In this document: in pieces, positions 8,855 to 17,456 of the stretch
Numbering within the stretch: position 1 is the stretch's first letter
Layout of the letters: every line of letters begins with the position of its first letter
NCBI RefSeq assembly: GCF_000025685.1
Contig: NC_013966.1
Span: 603,787 to 635,786, forward strand
Length of the DNA: 32,000 nucleotides
Source: Haloferax volcanii DS2
GTDB taxonomy: Archaea > Halobacteriota > Halobacteria > Halobacteriales > Haloferacaceae
Direction of reading: 5' to 3'
Translations under genes and position numbers: made by a program
Notes under the pieces: generated by a model
Told to the model about the DNA's origin: nothing
Database searches by the model: none
What the model saw: the letters and a program-made list of their open reading frames with translations, nothing else

Positions 8855-8996
8855 TTCTGCTATTCTATATTACTATGTTATTATTTTGTGCTGGTGACGG
8901 AGTCGCCGGTGAGCGCCGCTGTTCGTGGTGGTGAGCGGAACGTCGATAAGAGAGAATGCGCAGACTGCGAGGCGAGCGACCACCCGCGGACCGGCG

Positions 8997-9671
8997 TCAA
9001 TCCGCGGTCGAGGCGGCCCCACTAGACGGCCCGCGTCTGTACTTCCGGATGGCCGCGACGATGAGCGGCGTGCCGACGACGGTCGGCCAGAGCCACGCGG
9101 CGACGGTCGGGAGGAAGTCGAAGTTGACCGACGAGAAGGCGGTGACGGTGGCGATGTAGCCGCCGCCCATGCGGCCGATGTGCTCGAAGAACCACTCGCG
9201 CGACGCGGCGCGCTCGCGGCGGAAGGTGACGAGGTCGCGGACGCCGAAGCCGGTACCCGCCGCGCCGAACACGAGCATCACGGCGGCGAAACCGTCACCG
9301 GCGAGAAACCGGAGCGCGCCCATGGCGAGGAGACCGACGCCGGCGGCGGTGAGCAGGCCGACCGCGACCCAGTCGAGCGGTTCCGGCCCGTCGGTCGGGC
9401 GCTTCCGCGAGAGGACGCGGTCGCCCGAGAAGACGAAGTAGTAGCTGAACACGGCGACGAGCGCGAGGAACGTCCGCCCGCGGGTCGGCGCGAGGGCGAA
9501 CAACGCGAGCGACGTGACCGCGACGACGGTCATCCCCGCGACGTAAATCCGCCCCGCTCGCCGGTGGCGACGACCGCCTTTCGTCGTGACTATCGCGCCG
9601 AAGCCGGCGAACAGCGCCGCGAACCCCGCGAGGATGTGGACGCCGAGCGTCGCGTCCTCGACGAGCGTCAT
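8997..9671 (-). CDS. Integral membrane protein (DUF2306-like)
   Basis: 224 aa with about 6 hydrophobic helices. The segment RRHRRAGRIYVAGMTVVAVTSL resembles the HRxxGRxYV motif I associate with DUF2306. Assignment is tentative. Confidence 0.5.
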   Translation of the reverse strand: MTLVEDATLGVHILAGFAALFAGFGAIVTTKGGRRHRRAGRIYVAGMTVVAVTSLALFALAPTRGRTFLALVAVFSYYFVFSGDRVLSRKRPTDGPEPLDWVAVGLLTAAGVGLLAMGALRFLAGDGFAAVMLVFGAAGTGFGVRDLVTFRRERAASREWFFEHIGRMGGGYIATVTAFSSVNFDFLPTVAAWLWPTVVGTPLIVAAIRKYRRGPSSGAASTAD

Positions 9672-9924
9672 CGGGGAACTCCGAGAGCTGTGGCCGGGCG
9701 CGGATGCTGGGTGCGATGTGACGGGACGCGGACGCTGAACGGGTTCGGCATGGAATCGAGTCGTTCGGGAAGCGATATAAATCTACTGAGTGAGTACTTA
9801 CTTGGAGACGGGTGGGAGTGCGACGGGGCGAAACCGTCGTGTCGAGCGCGTCTGCTCGGGGCGTAGTCGTCTGAAAAATCGAGGTCGGCGTCTGCCAGCT
9901 GTGACCGGCAGTCGCGTCTCGGTG

Positions 9925-10131
9925 TTACTGCCGGACGACGTTCGCCGCGCGGGGGCCCTTGGGCGAGGACTCGATGTCGAACTCGACTTCGGTGCCTTCG
10001 GTGAGGTCGTCGCCGCCGACGTCTTCCATGTGGAAGAACACGTCTTCGTCGTCGTCGAGGTCGCCGTCGTCAGTAGAGATGAAACCGTAGCCGCCAGTGT
10101 CGTTGAAGAAATCAACTTTGCCGTGTGCCAT
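9925..10131 (-). CDS. cspA: Cold-shock domain protein
   Basis: 68 aa MAHGKVDFFNDTGGYGFISTDD...VFFHMEDV carries RNP1-like GYGFI and RNP2-like VFFH motifs. The internal ATG at 10131 is used rather than the long track ORF. Confidence 0.9.
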   Translation of the reverse strand: MAHGKVDFFNDTGGYGFISTDDGDLDDDEDVFFHMEDVGGDDLTEGTEVEFDIESSPKGPRAANVVRQ

Positions 10132-10285
10132 TACGTACAAATCGAGGGTCGTCCGACGGATAACACTTCTGAGAGTCAAGGTACCACGACCCTTCGACAG
10201 GCGTTCGTCCACTCCATACGGCCGATTCGGCGGAGATGCGCCGGACCGAAAGGTGGTCGGCGGAAGTAGACGGTCGGGGGCGCGC

Positions 10286-10882
10286 TCACGCGACGACCAA
10301 CAGCGAGTCGATGTACGCCGACAGCGACGCCCGGAGGTCGTCCCCGACGCCCTCCATCCCGAGCGCGAGGGCAAAGCCGGTGTAACCGTCGGTCGCCGAG
10401 AGGACGAACGCGGCCGTTCCTTCGGGGTCGACCTCGCGGAAGACGCCCTGTTCGACGCCGTCGCGGACGATGTCGGCGATGACGCCGAGGGTGTGGCGCT
10501 CCATCCTGAGCAGGGGTTCGCGGAGCGTCTCGTTGTGCGGCGCGTGCGAGAGGAGTTCCATGACGGCGATGTTGACGCCGGCGGCGGCCGCGTCGCCCTC
10601 GTCGACGAGGAGGATGTCGCAGACCGCTCGCAGTCGCGCTTCGGGGCCCTCGGCGTCGATGTCGTGGAGGCTCCGCGCGAGGTAGTCCTCGGAGGTTTCG
10701 AGGAACGCGACTATCATCTCGTCTTTCGAGTCGTAGTAGTAGTACAGTCCCGCCTCGCTCTTGTCGCTCTCCGCGGCCACCTTCTTTGTCGTCAGCCGAG
10801 CGTAGCCGTGCTCGGCGAGCGCCGCGCGGACCGCGTTCGCAATCTGTGCTTTCTGCTCGGGCGGCACGGAGTCGACGGGCAT
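10286..10882 (-). CDS. TetR family transcriptional regulator
   Basis: The N-terminal HTH region QIANAVRAALAEHGYARLTTKKVAAESDKSEAGLYYYYDSKDEMI is typical of haloarchaeal TetR/AcrR. Start at MPVDSVPPEQ (10882). Confidence 0.85.
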   Translation of the reverse strand: MPVDSVPPEQKAQIANAVRAALAEHGYARLTTKKVAAESDKSEAGLYYYYDSKDEMIVAFLETSEDYLARSLHDIDAEGPEARLRAVCDILLVDEGDAAAAGVNIAVMELLSHAPHNETLREPLLRMERHTLGVIADIVRDGVEQGVFREVDPEGTAAFVLSATDGYTGFALALGMEGVGDDLRASLSAYIDSLLVVA

Positions 10883-10964
10883 GGTGAGTGAGTGTTCGCT
10901 CGCTCGACTACTTGTGCCCGTTGCTCCGGGGGTGAAACGCGGGACGCGGGACGCGACCGCGGAC

Positions 10965-11891
10965 TCACTCCGCCGACCCGTCGCGTGCACCCGCGACCAA
11001 CTCCCCGAGCGCCCGGCGCTTGATGAGCGCGAAGCCGGCGAAGATGGAGACGAAGCCGAGCGCGGTTACGGCGTCGATGAGCTGGCCGAGGAAGGCCCAA
11101 CTGAGGAGCGTCGCGGAGACGGGTTCGAGGTAGCCGATGAGGTTTATCTGCGTCGGACCGAAGCAGCCGAGCAGTTCGAAGTAGATGAGGAACGCGCCCG
11201 CGCCGCTGACGACGGCAAGGTAGAGCAGGGAGCCGACGGCGACGCCGGACCACTCGATGGTCGCGAGCGACTCGCCGGTGGCGACGCCCGCGACGGACAG
11301 GAGCGCGGCCCCGAACAGCATCGCCCACGCCTGAAGGGTCCGCGCGGGGATGTCCGAGGAGAAGGGGCGCGTCAGGACGGCACCGAGGGCGAAACACGCC
11401 GAGGCGACGAGGACGGTGGCGACGCCGACCACGTCGCTGGAGAGGAGCGCGCTCGGGTCCGGTCGGGCGACGAGGCCGACACCCAGAAAGCCGAAGCCGA
11501 AGCCGAGGACGCCGAGCGGGGAGATGCGGTCACCGAGGATACCCGTCGCGAACAGCGCGGTCAGGACCGGCCCGAGGCTGATGACGATGGCCGCCACCGC
11601 CCCGGGGACGTGCTCCTGTCCGAGGTAGAGAAACGCGTGGTGCGCGCCGATGAGGAGGCCGCCGGAGACGCCGACGAGCGTCCAGTCGGTCCGGCTGTGC
11701 GGCCGCCAGTAGTCGGTCGAGACGGCGGCGTAGCCGAGGACGATGAGCCCCGCGAGGAAGAACCGAAGCGCCGCGAACTGGAGCGGCGGGAAGTACGCGA
11801 GGCCGACTTCGATTGCGACGAACGAACTCCCCCAGAGCAGTCCCAGAAGCACGAACAGCCCGGCGGCGACCCGGCCGTTCACCGACACCAC
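10965..11891 (-). CDS. EamA/DMT family transporter
   Basis: Ten hydrophobic helices and an N-terminal LLWGSSFVAIEVGL motif. The start is uncertain. GTG 11891 (VVSVNGRVAAG...) gives a family-typical length. The maximal ORF extends to GTG 12071 through an 18-nt-periodic repeat with weaker codon bias. Confidence 0.75.
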   Translation of the reverse strand: MVSVNGRVAAGLFVLLGLLWGSSFVAIEVGLAYFPPLQFAALRFFLAGLIVLGYAAVSTDYWRPHSRTDWTLVGVSGGLLIGAHHAFLYLGQEHVPGAVAAIVISLGPVLTALFATGILGDRISPLGVLGFGFGFLGVGLVARPDPSALLSSDVVGVATVLVASACFALGAVLTRPFSSDIPARTLQAWAMLFGAALLSVAGVATGESLATIEWSGVAVGSLLYLAVVSGAGAFLIYFELLGCFGPTQINLIGYLEPVSATLLSWAFLGQLIDAVTALGFVSIFAGFALIKRRALGELVAGARDGSAE

Positions 11892-12095
11892 GCTCCGCTC
11901 GACGGGCGGCGGCGCGGTTCCGGCGAACTCGGCCGCTCGGTCGGTTCCGCCGACCGTTGCGGCCCCGCCGACCGTTTCAGCCGCGTCGACCGTTCCGTCT
12001 CCGCCGACCCGGATTCGAGACGCCTGCGTTCGGTTGCAGTAATATTCAGCACGTGAGCGTATCGTTACCACACAATCGATGATAGTCGTTTTGTT

Positions 12096-12114
12096 CGGTT
12101 CGAATTTCGAACCG
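12096..12114. promoter_or_regulatory. Perfect 19-nt palindrome CGGTTCGAA-T-TTCGAACCG
   Basis: 9-bp arms around one central nt. It lies 9 nt downstream of the flavoprotein stop (12123) and upstream of the eamA-tetR pair. It could be an operator or a terminator hairpin. Confidence 0.4.
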
Positions 12115-12122
12115 CTCGCAGC

Positions 12123-13550
12123 TCACAGCGAGCCGCGGAGGACCTTCGCCGCGGTCAGAATCGGGTCCCAGACGGGGCTGAACGGCGGCGCGTAGCCGAG
12201 GTCGAGACGCTCCACCTCGGCGACGGTCAACTCGGCGGCGAGCGCGGTCGCCACGGTGTCGATTCTGACGGCGGCGCGGTCGGCCCCGACGATGGTCCCG
12301 CCGAGCAGTCTGCCGGTGTCGCGGTCGGCGACGAGCGTGACGGTCGTCTCGGCGGAGCCGGGGTAGTAGCCTGACCGCGAGCCGGCGGTGATGGTCTCCG
12401 AGACGGGGTCGAAGCCCGCATCGCGCGCCTCGTCGAAGTCGGTCACGCCGGCGCGGCCGCATTCGAGGTCGAACGCCTTCACGACCGAGGTGTTCGCGAC
12501 GGTCCCGATGGGTTCGGGGTCGCCGGCGACGGTCTGACCGATGGCGCGCCCGGCGCGGTTCGCGGGCAGGCCGAGCGTGTTCCACGTCGGCTCGCCGGTG
12601 ACGACGTGGTCGATTTCGGCGCAGTCGCCCGCGGCGTAGACGCTTTCGGCGCTCGTCCGCCCGTGGTCGTCGACCGCGATAGCGCCCGTCTCACCGAGGT
12701 CGACCGCGTCCGCGACGAGGTCCACGTTGGGGCGGAGGCCGATGCCGACCATCGCCGCGTCGACCGCGAGGTCGCCGTCCTCGCAGACGACGGCCTCGAT
12801 TCGGTCCGCGTCGTCGCCGCGGAGTCGCTCGACCGACGCGCCGAGGTGGAGCGTGACGCCGTGGGCTTCGAGATGTTCCTCGACCCGCTCGCCCACGGCG
12901 TCACCGAACGTGCCGAGGACGTGGCCGGAGCGCTGGAACAGATGTACGTCGAGGTCGTGGGCGGTGAACGCCTCCGCCATCTCGACGCCGACGAAGCCGC
13001 CGCCGACGATGGCGACCGAGTCGGGCGGGTCCATCGCGCCGAAGCGGGCCGCGCGCGCCTCGTCGACGGAGCCGCCGCCGCCGAGGTCGGCCACCGAGGC
13101 CTCGTCCGGGTCGGTGAGGAACGACCGAATGGCCGCCGCGTCGTCCAGTCCGTGGAGCGTGAACGCGCCGTCGAGGTCGATGCCGTCTATCGGTTCGCGG
13201 AGCGCCCGCGCGCCGGTGGCGACGAGCAGGTCGCCGTAGGGCTGTTCGAACGTCCCGTCCGGTCCCTCGACCGTGACGACTCGCTCGTCGGTGTCGACGG
13301 CGACGACCTCGTGTTCGCGCCGGAGGTCGATGCCGCGGTCGGCGGCCGCCTCGGGCGACAGCGAGAGCATGTCGGTGAGCGTGTCGACCTCGCCTTTGAC
13401 GAAGTAGGGCGTGCCGCAGTGGGCGTAGGAGACCCAGCGGCCCTTCTCGAAGACGACGACCTCGCGGTCGGTGTCGGCGCGGGCGAACTTGCTCGCGGCG
13501 GAGAGTCCGGCGGCGTCGCCGCCGACGACGACGAATGGTTCGGCAGGCAT
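12123..13550 (-). CDS. FAD-dependent pyridine nucleotide-disulfide oxidoreductase (CoA-disulfide reductase / NADH oxidase family)
   Basis: N-terminal FAD fold VVVGGDAAG, single redox Cys motif SYAHCGTPY and NAD fold IVGGGFVGVEMAE. Start at MPAEPFVVVGG (13550), not the Arg-rich extension to 13709. Confidence 0.85.
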   Translation of the reverse strand: MPAEPFVVVGGDAAGLSAASKFARADTDREVVVFEKGRWVSYAHCGTPYFVKGEVDTLTDMLSLSPEAAADRGIDLRREHEVVAVDTDERVVTVEGPDGTFEQPYGDLLVATGARALREPIDGIDLDGAFTLHGLDDAAAIRSFLTDPDEASVADLGGGGSVDEARAARFGAMDPPDSVAIVGGGFVGVEMAEAFTAHDLDVHLFQRSGHVLGTFGDAVGERVEEHLEAHGVTLHLGASVERLRGDDADRIEAVVCEDGDLAVDAAMVGIGLRPNVDLVADAVDLGETGAIAVDDHGRTSAESVYAAGDCAEIDHVVTGEPTWNTLGLPANRAGRAIGQTVAGDPEPIGTVANTSVVKAFDLECGRAGVTDFDEARDAGFDPVSETITAGSRSGYYPGSAETTVTLVADRDTGRLLGGTIVGADRAAVRIDTVATALAAELTVAEVERLDLGYAPPFSPVWDPILTAAKVLRGSL

Positions 13551-13660
13551 CGTGAGAGAGTGGTACGCCCGCCGACACGTAACTTCCTCGGCCGGGCGAG
13601 GCGGGCGCACGGACGCGCCGGCGACGGTCGAGAACGAGGGGAAACGAGAGGGCCGGCCCG

Positions 13661-15019
13661 TCAGCGACCGACGCCGCCGCGTTCGGCCGCGAGCGTCCCG
13701 AGCACCCACGCGCTCACGCCGGGTGTCTCACGCGCGGCGAACTCGGCGGTCGCGTACTGCGCGAGCGCGTTTCGCGCGGCCCGAGGGTCGCCGTCCTCGT
13801 AGTAGTCGTCGCGGAAGTAGCCGTCTCCGCGGGCGACCATGTGGGCGATATCGACCAACGCGCGCCGCGTCAGGTGCGGGTTCGACCCGTCCGAACGGGC
13901 GGCTTCGAGGGCTTCGAGCGCGCCGAGTTTCGCGTCCCTGACCGCGGCCGCGGACTCGGCCGACTCGTACCGGCCTCGCTTGACCGCCGTGACGGCGTCC
14001 TCGAACGCCCGGCGGTGCGTCTCAGCGGTATGAGCGCCCACGAGCGCGGTGGCGAAGCGGTCGCTTCGGAGGCCCTCACGGGCGTCTCGAAGCCCGCGTT
14101 CGACTTCGACGAACGTCTCCACCAGCAGGTCCTTGGCCGGCGTGGATTCGAGTTGTTCGAGGTCGAACCCCTCGCCCGCGACGACGGCTTCGAGCCCTCT
14201 CTCCTCGGGATACTCGGCCCGGCGGTCCTCGGTGACGCCGCCGAGCGAGGACGCGGTCGACGCGAACGCGTCGGTGAAGTCTATCGGGTCGGCAATCGAC
14301 GCCAGATAGCGGTCGCGGACGTGGTGCGCGCCGTCGAGCGACGCTCGCGCCGACTCGACCGCGTCGAGCAGTTCACCGACTCGCGGGGCGCTGTCGGCGT
14401 AGCGGCCGTACTCGTCGGCGTTGTCGAGAGACCGGGCCGCCCCCGCGACGAGGTTCTCGACGGCCTCGTACACGACGAGCGCCCGGTCGGGGTCGTTACC
14501 GAGGTAGCGCGTGGCGCGCTGGAACGACTCGATATCCGCGCGGACCGATTCGGCCTCGTCGCGCACGTCGGCCTCGGTGAGGTCACCGACTGCGGCGTCG
14601 TAGGTTCCCTTCGCCATCGCCGCGGCCCCGCGAGCGTAGCGCAGTCCCTGAAGCGTCTCGAAGGGCGACTCGTCGGTGTCCGAGGGGGCGAGGGCCGCGG
14701 TAGCGTCTGCGTACGCCTCGGCGTAGACGTTCCGAACGGCCTCGTTCGGAACCTCCTCCGGGGACATCGTCTCGGGGCAGGAATCGAGGAGCTCGCGGGC
14801 GCGGCCGCGGCTCTGTTCGAGGAACGAATCAGCAATCGGAGCCGGAACGCGGGCCGGGAACGCCGGCGACCCGAGTTCCATGACCTCCCGGAGCGCCGCC
14901 GGGTCGAGCGTCGGGTCATCGGAGTCAGATTCGCCCGCGTCGAGGGCGGTACAGCCCGCGAGTCCGGCGACCCCGACTCCGGCGAGCGAGGCGAGCACGT
15001 CGCGTCGCGTTCGGGACAT
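13661..15019 (-). CDS. Tat lipoprotein of unknown function (large, helical, acidic)
   Basis: 452 aa. MSRTRRDVLASLAGVGVAGLAGC is a Tat RR plus lipobox. The rest is Ala/Glu/Asp/Arg-rich with no motif I recognise. Confidence 0.7.
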   Translation of the reverse strand: MSRTRRDVLASLAGVGVAGLAGCTALDAGESDSDDPTLDPAALREVMELGSPAFPARVPAPIADSFLEQSRGRARELLDSCPETMSPEEVPNEAVRNVYAEAYADATAALAPSDTDESPFETLQGLRYARGAAAMAKGTYDAAVGDLTEADVRDEAESVRADIESFQRATRYLGNDPDRALVVYEAVENLVAGAARSLDNADEYGRYADSAPRVGELLDAVESARASLDGAHHVRDRYLASIADPIDFTDAFASTASSLGGVTEDRRAEYPEERGLEAVVAGEGFDLEQLESTPAKDLLVETFVEVERGLRDAREGLRSDRFATALVGAHTAETHRRAFEDAVTAVKRGRYESAESAAAVRDAKLGALEALEAARSDGSNPHLTRRALVDIAHMVARGDGYFRDDYYEDGDPRAARNALAQYATAEFAARETPGVSAWVLGTLAAERGGVGR

Positions 15020-15020
15020 C

Positions 15021-15632
15021 TCAGGCGTCCTCCGTCTCGGTTCGGAGCGACGACGGGATGCGGCAACTGCTTCCGCCGCCGTGGCCCCAACTCGACTCGC
15101 CCTGCGACGAGTAGGGCAGTCGGACCAGCGAGGCGACGACGTGGCGGTCGTCCACGGAGCACTCGACCGACGCAGGCCGGAGCGGGCGACAGAAGTCGAG
15201 GTCGACGACGCTGTCCGGCGGGTGCGTGACGTACAGCAGTTTCACGCGGTGGCAGGCGTCCGTCCGGTGCTGGGTGATGACGAGCGTCTGTTCGTCGAAA
15301 TCCGTCTCGTCGATGAACGCGCGGGCCTCGTCGATACCGTCGGTTTCGGCCGCGAGCGCGACGTTTTCGCGTTCCTCGTCGGTGGTGACGAGGAAGTCGT
15401 CGAGGTACAACGACTCCGTGTCCTCGTCGTCGCGGGCGGCGTCCCGGAAGACGGCGGCCTCGGCGTCGTTGCGGAGTTGGAGGTGGTCGTAGTCGGTGAC
15501 GAGCGTGTCCGGGGAGGGACCGGACGGCACGTCCGAACTGGAACTGGACCCCTCGCCGGAACACCCGGCGAGCGCGGCGACGAGCGACGCGCCGCCGGCG
15601 CGGAGGACCTGTCTGCGGGTCGGCAGGGACAT
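15021..15632 (-). CDS. Tat lipoprotein of unknown function (four Cys)
   Basis: 203 aa. MSLPTRRQVLRAGGASLVAALAGC is a Tat RR plus lipobox. Cys residues occur at TDACHRV, DFCRPL, VECSV and SSCRIP. Its stop lies 1 nt from the start of the downstream lipoprotein gene. Confidence 0.7.
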   Translation of the reverse strand: MSLPTRRQVLRAGGASLVAALAGCSGEGSSSSSDVPSGPSPDTLVTDYDHLQLRNDAEAAVFRDAARDDEDTESLYLDDFLVTTDEERENVALAAETDGIDEARAFIDETDFDEQTLVITQHRTDACHRVKLLYVTHPPDSVVDLDFCRPLRPASVECSVDDRHVVASLVRLPYSSQGESSWGHGGGSSCRIPSSLRTETEDA

Positions 15633-15742
15633 CTATCGGTTCCCCAACCGAACGCCGGCGGTATGTGTTTTCCGATGCACTGGGTCGCCGCCGGCCGAAC
15701 CGCGGGACATTTCCCCGACGGTCGCCTCGTCTCGACCGACAG

Positions 15743-16315
15743 ATGCGCGAGGACGAGTTGGCGACGCGGGTGGTCGAGCACTTCCGGGCGGCCTTCGACG
15801 ACGTGGAGATTCACCTCGAAGAGCCGTACGACCACTACGGGAACCGCGGCGTCGCCGACGTGTACGTCCGGGTGCGGACGCCCGAGCCGGTGGACTACCT
15901 CATCGAACTCAAGGCCGACGCCGCCGTCCGCCACGCCACCGGCGCGAACGAGATACTCCGCCAGTACCGCCGCATGGAGCGCTACTTCTACAAGGACGAC
16001 GAGCACGCCATCCGGACGAAACTCGGCCGCGAGGGGCCGGGCGTCCACGCGCTGTTGCTGTTCGCGCCGACGAAACGCTGCGTCGAACACGTCCGGGAAC
16101 ACGCCGCCCTGTACGAGTCGGTCGACCCCGACGCGACCGTCGAAGGCGTCGAGGCCGCCCGCAAAGTGGCCTTTCTGACGAACCTCGACCGCGCGCCCGA
16201 AGGCGAACTCGGTTTTCTGTCGCTCAACGGGCCGCTCGCGTTCGACTCGGTCGCCTTCCGCGAGGCCGTCCCGTCGGGGTCGCGGCTCGCGGACGCCCTC
16301 TGGGGCGACGACTAG
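15743..16315 (+). CDS. Hypothetical protein with PD-(D/E)xK (NucS/DUF91-like) nuclease-fold signature
   Basis: 190 aa from MREDELATR. GVADVYVRV...(13 aa)...YLIELKADAA....EILRQYRR fits the D...ExK...Q core arrangement of restriction-endonuclease-like folds. The C-terminal ~100 aa are unassigned. Confidence 0.55.
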   Translation: MREDELATRVVEHFRAAFDDVEIHLEEPYDHYGNRGVADVYVRVRTPEPVDYLIELKADAAVRHATGANEILRQYRRMERYFYKDDEHAIRTKLGREGPGVHALLLFAPTKRCVEHVREHAALYESVDPDATVEGVEAARKVAFLTNLDRAPEGELGFLSLNGPLAFDSVAFREAVPSGSRLADALWGDD

Positions 16316-16353
16316 CGGACACGCTCATACACCCCCCGTTCGTAGGGGCTGGC

Positions 16354-16812
16354 ATGGGAACGATTCGAGAGTCGGTTCGAATCCCGTTGGGGGACCTCCG
16401 TCAGCAGGTCGCTGACAGCTTCGGCGTCGCGGCGTCGCTCGTCGAGATACACGGCATCCGGCTCGAGGACGGGGCAATCGAAGTCGACGCGAGCTATCCC
16501 GACGGCGAGGACGTGCCGGTCGTCGAACTGTTCGTCACCGACCCCGCCGGGAACACCGAGTCCTACGTCACCGAGTTGGACGGCGCGAAGAACCTCCTCA
16601 TCGCCGGCGAGGACGTGCTCGTCGAACTCGTGGACTACGACCCCGAGCGCGGCGAGGTGTTCGTCTCGGTGAAACACCGACAGGACGGCGAGCTGGTGAC
16701 CGTCCTCGGCTGCGGCGAGAAGTGGGTGATTCCGGTCGGGCGCGACGGCGTCGAGGAGTCCATCCGCTGTCGGATTCAGAGCGCCGTCGGGCCGACGGGC
16801 GACGACTCCTGA
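16354..16812 (+). CDS. Small acidic hypothetical protein
   Basis: 152 aa from ATG 16354, 38 nt after the preceding gene. Strong halophilic composition and GC3 bias. No recognisable motif. Confidence 0.6.
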   Translation: MGTIRESVRIPLGDLRQQVADSFGVAASLVEIHGIRLEDGAIEVDASYPDGEDVPVVELFVTDPAGNTESYVTELDGAKNLLIAGEDVLVELVDYDPERGEVFVSVKHRQDGELVTVLGCGEKWVIPVGRDGVEESIRCRIQSAVGPTGDDS

Positions 16813-16829
16813 CGGCGAAGCCGCCCAAG

Positions 16830-17297
16830 CTACCCCTCGTATTCGACGTAGGAGACGCAGTACCCCTCGGGATCGACTTCGCCCGCGACGATGGCGCACG
16901 CGCCCACGCCGTCCCCGTTTTTGTCCTCGATGTAGTACCGACAGGTCGAACACTGCCGGCCCTCGCTCGGTTCGTCCTGATACGAGACGGCCTCCTGCGA
17001 CGAGAGGCTGTCGGGGTTGCGCTGGGTGCCGTCGAGGGACGTGGCCGTCGCGTACGCCTCGGGGACGCCCCCGGTCGAACCCGACGACTGCGTCGTCGTC
17101 GCGGTCGTCTCGGACGGCTCGGCCCCGCCGCCGCCGGAACAGCCGGCCAATCCCGCCATCGCGGCGGTCCCGGCGAGCCAGATGAACCGTCGTCGGGTGC
17201 GGTCGGAATCGCCGGCGTCGCGGGCGTCTCGGCTCCGCATCGGTCGGGTCGCTCGCTCGCTCGCGTCTCTGCGTGGCGTCCGCTCGTCGTCTCCCAT
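16830..17297 (-). CDS. High-potential iron-sulfur protein (HiPIP)-like Tat lipoprotein
   Basis: Tat plus lipobox RTRRRFIWLAGTAAMAGLAGC. The C-terminal Cys pattern C-x2-C-x14-C-x12-C (QCSTCRYY...GACAIV...GYCVSY) matches HiPIP spacing. The start is either ATG 17297 or ATG 17240. Confidence 0.6.
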   Translation of the reverse strand: MGDDERTPRRDASERATRPMRSRDARDAGDSDRTRRRFIWLAGTAAMAGLAGCSGGGGAEPSETTATTTQSSGSTGGVPEAYATATSLDGTQRNPDSLSSQEAVSYQDEPSEGRQCSTCRYYIEDKNGDGVGACAIVAGEVDPEGYCVSYVEYEG

Positions 17298-17456
17298 GCC
17301 AATCTCTGACGCGCGGCGTCGGCAAAACCCAGCCAGCCGTTTCTCGTGTGGCAAGAATTGCGGACGCGTTGATACTGTCACGCCACTAAGTGGCACGGAT
17401 GCGCGAATCTGGCAGGCACGGACCGGAAAAGACGGAGACGGTCAGCCTCCCGCGTC

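Noticed and set aside
8825-8890. Short inverted and direct repeats (TTATTA...TAATAA; ATGTTATTA x2) in the znuA upstream AT-rich block as a specific operator
   Set aside because: Six- to nine-nt matches in about 75% A+T sequence are expected by chance. Only the TATA-position call is retained.
16374-16384. tRNA-like T-loop string GGTTCGAATCC
   Set aside because: The flanking bases do not form a T-stem (only 3 of 5 pairs), and no acceptor, D or anticodon arms can be drawn. It lies inside a well-supported CDS, where it encodes ...SVRIPLG...
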